This document shows, piece after piece, positions 38,066 to 54,390 of a DNA stretch of 64,000 nt; the stretch's first letter is position 1, and every line of letters starts with the position of its first letter. Both the position numbers and the translations under genes were made by a program. This stretch comes from the human T2T-CHM13v2.0 reference genome, Homo sapiens, in NCBI RefSeq assembly GCF_009914755.1, contig NC_060929.1; one strand, written 5' to 3'. Below the pieces are notes generated by a model that saw only the letters and a program-made list of their open reading frames with translations, was not told the DNA's origin and searched no databases.

Positions 38066-39804
38066 AATATAATTTTAAGTACAGTACTGCCAACTCCCAC
38101 TTTCCTGAGGTCATAAAAGGGCATGTTACTATGGTTAATTAAAAATCGATATGGATAATTCTTAAACTGTCCCTCTTTATTGCTCACGGCTTTCCTGGGT
38201 GTTCACAGTCTTCCTGGGCGCCCTGGTCACTGGCCCTGATCCAGCCACACCTTCTCACAGGTACTCTTATGAAAATTAAGCCCTGAAATAGGCAGAATAT
38301 TGTCTGGTTTGAGTCTCACAACTTTTTCTCCTAGATAGAATTAAGGAGGCAATGAACAGCCAAAACAGAAACAGGAGGGAGTTGTGAGAGAGTAGCAAAG
38401 GGGTTGAATAATTTGAAGCATAGTTAATTGGCCTTTGAATAATCAGATTGCTACAAAAGTATCAGCTTATTTACTTTTGAAATATTATATTACCCCCATA
38501 CCAGGAAAATAAAGGAATGAGGGGGAAATTACCTATAATCCAGTCACTCCCATAGGACCACTCTAAGCATTATGTAATACTATACTCGCTCCCATTTTTT
38601 CCCAGCCTCCTTTTCAAATGGTTATAAGTCACAGTGTAATCATTAATTGTCTAAAATGAATAGTGGTATCCTGGTGGCATAAGATAATTTTTATAAGTGG
38701 CCTTAGAGGAACATTGAATATAAAGTAAATGATCATTGTACCCTCTTTACCCTGCTATAAATCATTACTCTCTTTAAGGACATAGAAGGAAATGTGGGCT
38801 TATGTTCCAGGTACCTAACATACAAACAGGAAGTCGTGCAGACCTGAGACAGTCTGGTATATTAGCACTGAAATACAGCTACCTTTTAAATTAGTAAGAA
38901 CTTTTTTTTAACTTATGTATGTTTTGTGGCATGGTAGCATGAAAAGATCACTGGTCTTAGAGGTGGGAGACTCAGGCTATAGTCCTAGCTTTGGCATTAA
39001 CTGTGTGGTCTTGGGTTTAGTTTTCCTTCTGTACTAAATCAATTCAGATCTCCCGCATACCTGTCAGTGAGTGCGTTAATGTGACCCTGTTTGTCCGTGC
39101 CTGATACATGCCCACCCCTGAAGCTGGAGGTGAGATCACCCCTCTCTACACTAAAAAGACCTTGAGTCGGGAAAGAGTCCAGCCCCCAGAATTCCATGGG
39201 ATGGGTTGTTACCAGAAGGGGAAATGGATTTGAGCAGGCAAAAACACTAGATGTTATCTAACTTTGTTCTCCGTATCTTTATCCCCAAAATGAAGGGATT
39301 GGTGTAAAAAGTTCTATTAATAAGTCTCTCTAGATCTGCCTTCACAGGATTGAAAGTACAGAATTGTACCAGTTGAAGTATGAAAAAAACTATGCTCTTC
39401 ATTTGACTTCTAATTTGTGGTATCTACTCTCTATGACTTCAGGGCAATTTCATGAGTTCAGACCAGGAGTTTTAAACCAGGTTCCTGAGTGACTTTCCTG
39501 TTTTTGTGAGCTGTCTGTGTATACTTCCTGCAGAGAGAATGTTTTATTAATAGCAACATATGCCCTGAAACAACATACTTCTTTGACCCCAACACCGTTT
39601 TTATCTTTGGAAAACCGATGATGTGTTACTAAGTGTTAAGAATAGTTTATTCTTTACTGTGCAGTTGCCAAACCGAATTTATTTTTACTCAAACTGGACA
39701 GTACCTGGCTAATACAATGACTCCCCCAAATTCAAGTTTTTCGCGGCATGTCGTCTTATTCTACAAGCTGGGAGAGTGTGTGAGATCAAAGGAATGTGCA
39801 AACA

Positions 39805-40610
<806 letters not shown>

Positions 40611-40779
40611 GGAATGTGCAAACATACTTTAAGCATAATTTTGCCCTGACAACTCTTTTTTCCCCAATCTCTACTTGAACGATTATTTTTAATGGGACTG
40701 GCTCTGACAAAATAATCCTCACAGGACCTTTAAATTACATAATTAAGCAGAATAAAACAATGTATAATAAAAAGTTTCC

Positions 40780-40960
40780 TGTTCTTCAATTCTAATAGCA
40801 AATTTGCATATATATTCTCTCCATTAGCAAACTGGGATAATAATAGTGGCTCTCTATCTCAGAAGGTTGTTGAACTGATTAAAACGAGATAATGCATGTA
40901 AAATACGTGGCACAATGTTTGATGCAAACAAAATGGCCATAAATATTAGCTATTACTGTA
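40780..40960 (+). mobile_element. MIR fragment
   Basis: MIR core gggataataatagt...gttgttgaactgattaaa.cgagataatgcatgtaaa. Confidence 0.6.
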
Positions 40961-40995
40961 TTACCATCCATAAAAAGAATATAATGCCTACCTCA

Positions 40996-41353
<358 letters not shown>

Positions 41354-41683
41354 TTAAAACACACATATATAAGCATATAAAGTGTTTAATATTTAGAAAT
41401 AATTTCTGATGCTGCTAATAGAAGAAATTTGTGGCTGTTTTTAAGGAATAATAGAATTTCCAAAATCAGTGTCTAGCAACATTTACCTTACTCATGAATT
41501 TAAAAAAACCTTCTGATTAGAATACCAGTTTCACTGCTGTTTAATAGTTTAACCCTATTTTGAATCAGCAAATTAGTGTTATGGTTAATTTTATATAAAA
41601 CATAATGAAATGCATGTCCCAGCTCTGTCATCAAGCAGCTATTCCATCTTGGGCACATTCTTAATGTTTCTAGGCCTTCCTTA

Positions 41684-41845
41684 CCTTATCTTTTAAAGGG
41701 CTATTATAATACTTATCTTGTGTACTTCCCATCATAATAATAAAATATTATGTGAGGTTGAAAATTTCCTTATCTTTAAAAGGGCTATAATAATACTTAT
41801 CTTGTGTACTTTTCGTCATAATAATAAAATATTATGTGAGGTTGA
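41684..41845 (+). repeat. Two-copy tandem duplication, period 84 bp
   Basis: ccttatcttt.aaagggcta...ttatgtgaggttga at 41684 and 41768. Confidence 0.9.
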
Positions 41846-41888
41846 GTTGATTAAAGAACCTTGTAAAGGGTCAAAAGAATAACAATCT

Positions 41889-42185
<297 letters not shown>

Positions 42186-42474
42186 GTAACAATCTAACAA
42201 TAATTTCTTGACTTGTCATGTACCAACTAAATGCCAAGCCTATGCTAACTGCTATATTTATATTGTCTCATTTAATTCTCACAACAGCTCCATTAAGTAG
42301 TTGCTATTTTTATGTTTATTTTACAAATGAGGATCCTAAGTCTTAGAGATGTTACGTAACTTGCTTAAAGTCACATTTCATATTAAATGTGCAAATAAAC
42401 ATCTATTCAAACTCCAGATTACTCTTAACCTTTCTACTATAAAAATGCAAGTTATTATTATTTTTGTATAATAA

Positions 42475-43134
<660 letters not shown>

Positions 43135-43548
43135 CAAATAGTAATTTACTAACACATTTTACTCACACATTTCTGACATTTTTAAGGGAACAGTGGTAAA
43201 TAAAAATGACTACTCCTTGAAATATGTGTTTAATTTTCTAGGGAGAGGTGGATCTTGTTCCTTTTTGAAGTAGGAGCCAGGCTAGCCAGTGTTCCCTTCT
43301 CCTCTAGGAGCCATACACTTGATGGACATAAAACATTGCAGAGAAAACAGAAGCCCTTTCTTCTAAAAAGATTACAACTCATATTTGCTTCAAATAAGAC
43401 CTGAAATAGCTGCTCACTCCTAAAAGAGTATCTGAACTTTATGGGAAAAGAAGAGCACCATCAAGTAGGCAACCATTCCTGGGGAGAAGTTGATTTGGCT
43501 ATCAGGTTAAATAAACATCTTTTATATTTCAATCTATTCCATGGTCCT

Positions 43549-43917
43549 TGTATTAGTCCATTTTCATGCTGCTGATAAAGACATACCGAAAACTGGGTAA
43601 TTTATAAAGAAAAAGAGGTTTAGTGGACTCACTGTTCCACGTGGCTGGGGAGGCCTCACAATCATGGCAGAAGGCGAAAGGCACATCTTACATGGCAGCA
43701 GACAAGAGAGAATGAGAGCCAGGCAAAAGGGGAAACCCCCTTATAAAATCATCAGATTCAAATCTCCTGAGACTTACTCACTACCACGAGAACAATATGG
43801 GGGAAAACACCACCATGATTCAATTATCTTCCACCAGGCCCCTCTCACAACATATAGGAATTATGAGAGCTACAATTCAAGATGAGATTTGGGTGGGGAC
43901 ACATCCAAACCTTGTAA
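43549..43917 (-). mobile_element. THE1 (MaLR) solo LTR
   Basis: tgtattagtccattttcatgctgctgataaagacatacc...gagatttgggtggggacaca; 5-bp TSD gtcct at 43544-43548 and 43918-43922. Confidence 0.92.
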
Positions 43918-44274
43918 GTCCTCATCCAAAATAATTATTTTGCTTAATTTTAGACTATAGATTTTTATAAACAAACCTCTTTGAAGCACTAATAGCTGAG
44001 TTTTTCCATTATTAGACCCTTAGAGTCTTTGAAAGTAGGTACTAAGAAACTTGTGGTCTAGGGGTAAGAAGAGCTCTGCTGCTTGTTTAGGTTTAATTTT
44101 GAGCCACAAAATGACCTCAACTTTTATATAATTATACTATATCTTGGCTGTCAATTTATAATTGCCCACCAGAAAACCAAGATTGTTGATTCTTAATGAG
44201 GCAAACCCAGCAGTGTGATGGAGCCAACTCCTACATGCTGTGGATAATTGATTATTAAACATTTAAAATTTTTT

Positions 44275-44510
44275 AATCCCAACATTTTTGAAGGCTGAGG
44301 CAGGAGGATTGCTTGAGGCCAGGAAGACAATACCAGCCTGGGCAATATAGTAAGACCCTGCCTCTCTCTCTCTCTCTCTATGTATATGTATATATATATA
44401 CATAATTTTTTTTAAATTAGCCTGGTGTGATGGCATGTGCCTGTAGTCCTAGCTACTCTGGAGGCTGAGGTGGAAGGATGTCTTGAGCCCAGGAATTGAA
44501 GTTACAGGGA
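44275..44510 (+). mobile_element. Degraded AluJ-like
   Basis: Alu motifs with (CT)n(TA)n in the linker. Confidence 0.8.
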
Positions 44511-44528
44511 TATATATATATCACTGTG

Positions 44529-44555
44529 ATCTATCTATCTATCTATCTATCTATC

Positions 44556-44594
<39 letters not shown>

Positions 44595-44603
44595 ATCTAT
44601 CTA

Positions 44604-44655
<52 letters not shown>

Positions 44656-44690
44656 ATCATCTATCTATCATCTATCTATCTGTCTGTCTA
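44529..44690 (+). repeat. Compound (TATC)n tetranucleotide STR
   Basis: About 160 bp of tcta units with tca interruptions. Confidence 0.97.
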
Positions 44691-45862
44691 TAGAGAGAGA
44701 GAGAGATAATTTTTATGAGAGTTATATGAGGCAATGTTAAACCTTGGTAGCTTGAAATCAGACATGATGGGGGTATTTATACCTCAGAAAATGGCAAATG
44801 CTGCCAGTCAGGTCCTCCATTTCCCCGTTTCCTTTCTCCATGTATCCCCCACCCATCCACCCACCCAACCTGCCCTGAGAGCCTGTTCACCAGCACACAA
44901 TTGAGTAGAGCCATCCTGTTTCCAGTGAAGTATCAGAAAATGAACCCCAGGCCTGATGCTCTGTTGCCAATGATCAGCAACCCGTTTCTCATCATACTTA
45001 GAAAATGGCAGCCCTCACAGCCTTGGTTACCAACCCAGGCAAATGTGAAACTCCAAATACCAATGGTAAGAGAATAATTTTCATCTCTGAAGGTCAGAAG
45101 TTCACTTTAAAGTGTCAGCTGCTGTTTGGCAATGATAGGTTGACATGGAGTACCAAAATATTCTAAGGTCTGTGGGAAATGAGTGACTCATTTTCCCAAT
45201 CAGCAGAGTAGGGGAAATTCATCCCTCAAAACATGATGGGATTTTCCTTCCAATGTCATTAATCACAATGAATATGTTTGAGGATTATACAGTAACAAGG
45301 TGGGAGAAACTAGATCTCATGCAGTCAAAATACGTGAAGAACAGTTCTCCATTGGACTAGGTAATTCATTATTCTACTAATTTTGCCTTGTGTAAATCCT
45401 GCCTTCTCTGTATATCAGCCAGGCCAGAACTGTTCTAACTTGTACATTTCATCTTCCAGCGAATGTTCCAAGAAACATGTTTGTTTATTTTGTTTGTTTT
45501 CTGCAGATTTATCAGGACTTTATTTAATTCACCTGAGGCCTAACATAACATCTGACTCAAGCCTGTGAATATTTGTGTTTCTTAGTCTTTGGGCTCACAG
45601 TATAGAAATGAACTAGAAATGAACTAAAATCCTGGAAAACAATCCAGGGTCTTTGCCAAATAAAGAAATATATATTCCTTCAGACTAGGACTATACAGTA
45701 CCTGGTTTGAATCTAGTGAAATCTCCCCCAACAATTGTGGAACCCATACACACTTTCAATTCTCATTCTTTTTTTAAGACCTTAGGAAAAAGAAACTACA
45801 TCAGGCATCTTTATGAGACAGGTGAGCATGAAGTTCACGAAATTTTAAAATTAACATCTAAA

Positions 45863-46108
45863 GCAGAAATTCTCAATTGTGGCTCATATTAGAATCATCT
45901 AAGGGGCTTTAAAAAAATCTCAATATTCAGGCCACACCACAGACCAATTAAATGAGAATTTTGGGGGTGAGACCCAGGCATTGATAGTTTTTAAAGCTCC
46001 CTAGACAATTTCAATGTGCGCCAAGGCTTTTCTGTTTGTTTTTTATCTTTATTATTTATTTATTTATTTATTTATTTTCAATGTGCGCCAAGGTTTGAGA
46101 ACCACTGA
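45863..46108. mobile_element. MER5A/B-like hAT element with an internal insertion
   Basis: ttctcaa...attagaatca...tttttaaagctccc...tttgagaaccactg. Confidence 0.7.
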
Positions 46109-46792
46109 CTTAAAGCAATAAACTTGGTTTTCTGCCAGGTGAGATTTATTCTGTGTTTAGTCACTCTTCCTAATATATTAGAAATCTTCATTTCCTTAGT
46201 GTCCGATTGCCCAGTTGTTGGCTTTAAGACTTTAAATAGACAATGAATCATGCATTAAAAACAATGATCTGGAATAGGCCAGCTACCTGATGTACCAAAG
46301 CTGTGATCATGTTACATCCTTGCTCAAAAAACTTCTTGGTTAATAAGATCTGATATTGGTGAAAGTACAGAGCAGAAAGCGTTTGAATACCTTCTTTAAG
46401 AGCATAAATTGATGCAAATTTTCCAGAGAGCAAATTGAAAGCATATCTCAAATTTTAATACATATATATCCAGCAATTCTACTTTTAAGAATTTAGTCTA
46501 AAGAAATAATTGGCAAGTGTGCAAAGGTATTCATACAAAGATATTGATAACAACATTGGTTATGTTATTAGTAATATATATTTTCTAGATATGTTTTCAT
46601 TTCAGTGCATCCAAGCTTTTGAAATACTGGAGGCTTGTTCAAAAGCCTTAATAGTATATATTGATATGCAAAAGTGTTCACAACCCATTACTGAATTAAA
46701 GAAAAATACAGATTGCCAAAAAGCATGTCTAGTATAATTCCACATATGTTTTTAAAAAAAGATCTATATTTTTATAAATTTTAAAAGGCTGG

Positions 46793-47088
<296 letters not shown>

Positions 47089-47990
47089 GGTTGGAAAATT
47101 GTACCCAAACTATTAACTGACTGCATCTGAGGAATAAAATTATACCAAGATAGGAGGGGAAAGCTTTGCCTCATTCTTTCTACACTTGTGTATTGTTTGA
47201 ATTTTTTAAATGTACATGTGTTACGATTATAATTTACACAATGCAAACATGTTAAATTATTTTTTACCCACCACTTTCTATAGAATAAAGTCTAAACTTC
47301 TTAGCTTTATATTTAAAGCACTCAACAATTTGTCCCTCAACTACCTTTTGCCAGTCATTTAGACAAGTTTGTTGGTAGAATTGAATTTCACTTTCATCTC
47401 TCCTATTTATACTAACTTGAGCCCAACTGTTCCCACCAAATTTGCCTTCATATTTGATCTCTGGGAGTATCTTTTCCTTTGCCTGAAATGCTCTCACTCT
47501 TCCTCCCCGTTCACTAAAATCCAACCAAGCTATGAAGGCTCAGATTCAGTGCTATCAAGTAGAGCTCTCCCTCCCTTGAATTACTGTATTATATAATATC
47601 TGATACTTAAGAAATGAGTATATCAAACAGAGGAATGAATCCTCACAGTGAAGATCAAGGTCCTGTTTAGTTTTCTCATTTAGGAAATGGGGACATACTA
47701 CCTATCACATTAGGTTATTGTGAGGATTTAATGAGATAATTATGAAAAACACTTAGGACAATACCAGAATATGGTAATTCATAGTTCAAAAAAGCTAGTA
47801 TTACCATTATCTTTTTTAAACCATTGACATCTTATCTCTATAGACACTTAATCTCTGGATACCAGAAACTGCATGCTAGGTACTCGAGTATCCTTCTTCA
47901 AACTCTGTGCAGTAGAACCTTCTATGTGATACATACTAATATTTGTTGCTGATGGTAACAAAGATTATTAAATCTATATATGACTAACTT

Positions 47991-48313
47991 CATTTTATTT
48001 TATTTTATTTTATTTTATTTTTTGAGATGGAGTCTCCTTCTGTTGCACAGGCTGGAGTACAACTGGTGCTATCTCAGTTCACTGCAGACTCACTGCAGCC
48101 TCTACCTCCTGGGTTCAAGCAATTCCCCTGCCTCAGCCTCCCAAATAACTGGGACTGCAGGCATGCAACACCATGCCTGGCTAATTTTTGTATTTTTAGT
48201 AGAGATGGGGTTTCACCATGTTGGCCAGGCTAGTCTCGAACTCCTGACCTCAAGTGATCTGCCTTGGCCTCCCAAAGTGCTGGGATTACAGGCATGAGCC
48301 ACTGCACCTAGCC
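47991..48313 (-). mobile_element. AluS-like
   Basis: (TTTTA)n tail; flanking actaactt repeats. Confidence 0.92.
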
Positions 48314-48603
48314 ACTACTAACTTTAAAAAATAACAAATCACTTAGTTTGGACAATATTATAACTTCATGGTGCCAAGAATAAAATACAGGCATACCTCA
48401 TTTTATTATGCATCACTTAATTACACTTTGAAGATATTGCATTTTTTACAAGTTGAATGTGGCAACCTGGCTTCAAACAAGACTATTGGCACCATTTTTC
48501 CAATGGCATGTGCTCACTTCCTGTCTCTGTCATAGTTTGGTAATTCTCACAACATTTCAAACTTTTTTATTATTGTTGTATCTGTAATGATGATCTGTGA
48601 TAA

Positions 48604-49104
<501 letters not shown>

Positions 49105-50541
49105 TGATCTTTAATGTTACTATTGTAATTGTTTTTGTATGCCACGAACTGCACCCATATAAGATGGTGAACTTAATCACTAAATGCTGTGTGTGTTCTT
49201 ACTGCTTTACCAACTGGCTTTCCTTCATCTCTCACCTTTCCTTAGGCCTCCTATTCACTGAAACACAACAGTATGGAAATAAGGTCACTAATAACCAACC
49301 CTACAATGGTCTTTAAGTGTTCACCTTTCAGGTGAAAGGAAAAGTTGTGTGTGTCTCACTTTATATCAAAAGCTAGAAGTGATTAAGCTTCATGAGGAAG
49401 GCATGTCAAAAGCTGCATTAGGCCTAAAGCTAGGCCTCTTGTACCATACAGTTAGCCAAGTTGTGAATGCAAAGGAGAAGCTGTTGAAGGATATTAAAAG
49501 TACTACTCCAGTGAATACACAAATAATAAGAAAGCAAAGTAGTTGATATGGAGAAAGTTTTAGTAGTTGATATGGAGATAGAAGATGAAACCAGTCACAA
49601 CATTCCCTTAAGCCAAAGCCTAATCCAGAGCAAGACCCTAACTCTCTTACTATGAAAGCTGAGAGAGGTGAGAAAGCTGTAGAAGAAAAGTTGGAAGCCA
49701 GCAGAGTTTCGTTCATGAGGTTTAAGGAAAGAAACTGTCTCCATAAAAGTGCAAGGTGAAGCAGCAAATGCTAATATAGAAGTACAACAAGTTATCCAGA
49801 AGACCTAACTAAACTCATTGATGAAGGTGGCTACACTAAATGACAGGTTTTCCATGTAGATGAAACAACCTTCCATTGGAAGAAGATACCATCCAAAACT
49901 TTCATAGCTAGAGAGATCAATGCCTGGATTCAAAGTTTCACATGACAGGCTGACTCTCCTGTTATGGGCTAATGTAGCTAGTGACTTGAAGTTGAAGCCA
50001 ATGCTCATTTACCATTCTGAAAATTCTAGGGCCCTTAAGGATTATGGTAAATCTGCTCTATGCTGTGTAAATGGAACAACAAAGCCTGGATGACAGCACA
50101 TTTGTTTCAAGCATGGTTTACTGAATAGTTTAAGCCCATTGTTGAGACCTACTGCTACAAAAGAAAAAAAAAAGACTTTTTTCGAAATATTACTGCTCCT
50201 TCACAAGGCACTGGACACCCAAGAGCTCTGATGGAGATGTTCAAGGGGATTAATGTTGTTTTCGTGCCTGCTAACACAACAGCCATTCTGCAGCCTGTGG
50301 ATCAAGGAGTAATTTCAACTTTCGAGTCTTATTATATAAGAAATACATTTCATAAGGATATAGTTGCCAAAGATAGTAATTCCTCTGATGGATCTGGGCA
50401 AAGTACATTGAAAATCTCCTGGAAAAGATTCACCATTCCAAATGCCACTAAGAACATGCATGATTCATGGGAGAAGATCAAAATATCAACATTAACAGGA
50501 GTTTGGAAAAAGCTGATTCCAACCCTCATGGATGATTTTGA

Positions 50542-50913
<372 letters not shown>

Positions 50914-50968
50914 TAATTCTAGTTCTCATGGTGAGAACTAGAATTAGAAGTGGAGCCTGAAGATGTGA

Positions 50969-51312
<344 letters not shown>

Positions 51313-51767
51313 TAAAATCCACTCCTGGTGAAGATGCTGTGAACATGGTGGAAATGACCACAAAGGGATTTAGAATATTATATAAACTTAGTTGATAAAG
51401 CAGTGGTAGGCTTTGAAAGGATTGACTCCAATTTTGAAAAAAAGGTCTACTGTGGGTAAAATGCTATCAAACAATATTGCATTCTACAGAGAAATCTTTT
51501 GTGAAAGAAAGAATCCATCAATGCAGTGGACTTCACTGTTGTCTTATTTCAAGAATTTTTCACAGCCATCCCAGTATTTAGCAACCACCAATCACTCTGA
51601 TCAGTCAGCAGCCATCCACAGTGAGTCATGACACTCTACCAGTACAAAGATTATGACTCACTGAAGGCACAGATGATTGTTGTCATTTTTAAGCAAGAAC
51701 GTATTTTTTAGTTATGTACAGTTATTTTAGACATAATGCTATTGAACACTTAATAGATTACAGTGTA

Positions 51768-52082
<315 letters not shown>

Positions 52083-53079
52083 GATTATGGTGTAAACACA
52101 ACTTTTATATGGGCTGGGAAACAAAAAAATTCATGTGACTTACTTTTTTTGTGATATTTGCTTTATTGCAGTGGTCTGAAACTGAACCTGCAATATCTCC
52201 AAGGTATGCCTGTACCAACAGGAGATTATAATACTAAAACATTGCTGCCCTAAAATATACAAATAAAAAATATGCTCTTTCTTTGGTGAAATCACAGAAT
52301 ATAGGATAAGTCATTTTCAGAATTCTATTTTCATAAACACAGTTGACACTTACAAGATGCTGGACAAGTATAGTGAAGTATTTACAGAAAACACCAGATG
52401 AGTTTGGTTTATTTAATATATTTTTGGCAGATAACACACCATACTTCAGTAGAAGACTCCATGTGTTCTAGAGTTTTCACATATGGGACTTTATATGCAG
52501 CCATAGAAATAGAGTGCTGTACTCCAACAATCATAGCAAGAATGACCAAGTCTCGATATGCTTAGTTCCTCATGTTTTTCTAGCTTAAAATCACCACTAG
52601 ATTACAGTTTTAAAATCTCAGTAACGTTATTGGCAGGCTGATTGGAACAGTTTCTGTTCTCACTTAATCCCACCGGACAGACATGATCTGTGTGTCCTGG
52701 CACAGTGCCATTGAAACAACTGGAGTCACCTGATACAGTACATTACTCTAGGATAAAGAAAGTCAGATTGTTATTTTATCTTTGGAGGCCTAACAAATAT
52801 TTTGCTGAGCATAGCTTCTTCTTTTTTAGTTTGTGTGTCCATATACTACTTTATAGGTTAACAGACTTGGTCCCTCAGCACTGTGTGTCTAACTTTAACT
52901 GTGTCTTCATTGGGGTCAACACCTTGCTTTGTAGTCAAAAATGTCAAAATGTGAATCATTAAGAAAAGATAATATATACCTTACCTATTTTATTTAAACT
53001 GATAAATGTAAGTAACTCAGCAATCTTTTGAAGGAGGGTCAAAGCCTTCATCTTTAATCTCCTGGTTATCCAGTTGTTG

Positions 53080-53242
<163 letters not shown>

Positions 53243-53689
53243 TAAGAGTGAGGCACTCAAACTGACCAACCAAAAAAACTAACCAGCGTGTATGATATGA
53301 GTTCATTTATGTAAAACATATAAAGATAATAGAATAAAAGATAGAGTTAGAGAACGTCATGATAATAAGCAAGTGTAAAAAGCAGGTTGCAGAATCATAT
53401 GTTTAGTATAGTCTTGTTCTGGTAAAGCAACAAACCAACACTTTGCATATTTATATATATACTAAGTGAACAAGGAGAAAAGTGTGGAAGGCTGTTATAA
53501 TAGTAAACATGAAGTAAATGGGAAGACATGGAACCTGGAATGTGACAGGGGAGGAGGAAAATAGTTTTGTTTTTAGACATCTTTGTATTGTAGTGAATTA
53601 TTATACAAGCACGTTGTTGTCCATTTGTTAACATGAAATAGATACTATGATTATTGGCAAACTGAAAATAATTTATTAGAAAAATATTA

Positions 53690-54075
53690 GAATTAATGTG
53701 AGAATTTAGTAAGATTGTCAGATAAAAATAAAAATCCATTGTATTTCTAAAATTGGCAACAAGCTGTTGGAAAATACCAGTTATAATAGCAACACGAAGT
53801 GTAAAGTACCTGGGAATAAATCTAATAAAACATGTGCAAGACTTGTATGGAGATTATTATACTTTATTGAATGACATTAAAGGAGGCTTCAATATCTGGA
53901 GAGATAAACCATCTTCATGGATAGGTAGATTCAAGATTTTATAAATACCAATTCTCACAAAATTGATCTATGGCTACAACAAAGGTATATATGATAGTGT
54001 GTTATTGGTAGAAGGATAAACAAATAGACCAGTGGAACAGACTGGAAAGTCTAGAAACAAAACTATACATTATGG
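53690..54075 (+). mobile_element. Old L1M ORF2 fragment
   Basis: Translates to VKYLGINLIKHVQDLY...WRDKPSSWIGR. Confidence 0.8.
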
Positions 54076-54089
54076 AATCAGCTGAAGAG

Positions 54090-54390
54090 AATTGTCTTGC
54101 TCAAGGTATGCACCCTCCCTGGGGGCAGCCTGCATCCAATGACTGGTCATATGAGACCTAGCCTCCTCCTCATCCTAAATAGGGACAACTCTAAAGGGCT
54201 ATCTCAGCTTCAGAGCTCTCTGTGGGGTGAGCTGAGGCTTTCCTTGAGATTGCATCACAGTCCAACTTTCTCACAGCCCAGTCCTGCTTCACTCCCTGCC
54301 CCTTCACAACTGTTGATCCCAAGAGCACTCCCTAATAAACCTTCTGTATGCTAATCTCTGTCTCAGAGTCTACTTCCCTGGGGGAGTGCT
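54090..54390 (+). mobile_element. LTR16-like ERVL LTR
   Basis: 3' motif ccctaataaacctt...gctaatctctgtctcagagtctacttccctggg. Confidence 0.6.

Larger units (their letters stand above)
44207..44903. mobile_element. MER63-like hAT element interrupted by an Alu and an STR
   Basis: Ends cagcagtgtgatggagcc and ccagcacacaattg; internal ttggtagcttgaaatc. Confidence 0.65.

Noticed and set aside
41684-41845. CRISPR-like repeat-spacer array
   Set aside because: Only two adjacent copies, no spacers or cas genes, and the DNA is eukaryotic.
44483-44740. IYLS-repeat ORFs
   Set aside because: Translations of the (TATC)n STR.
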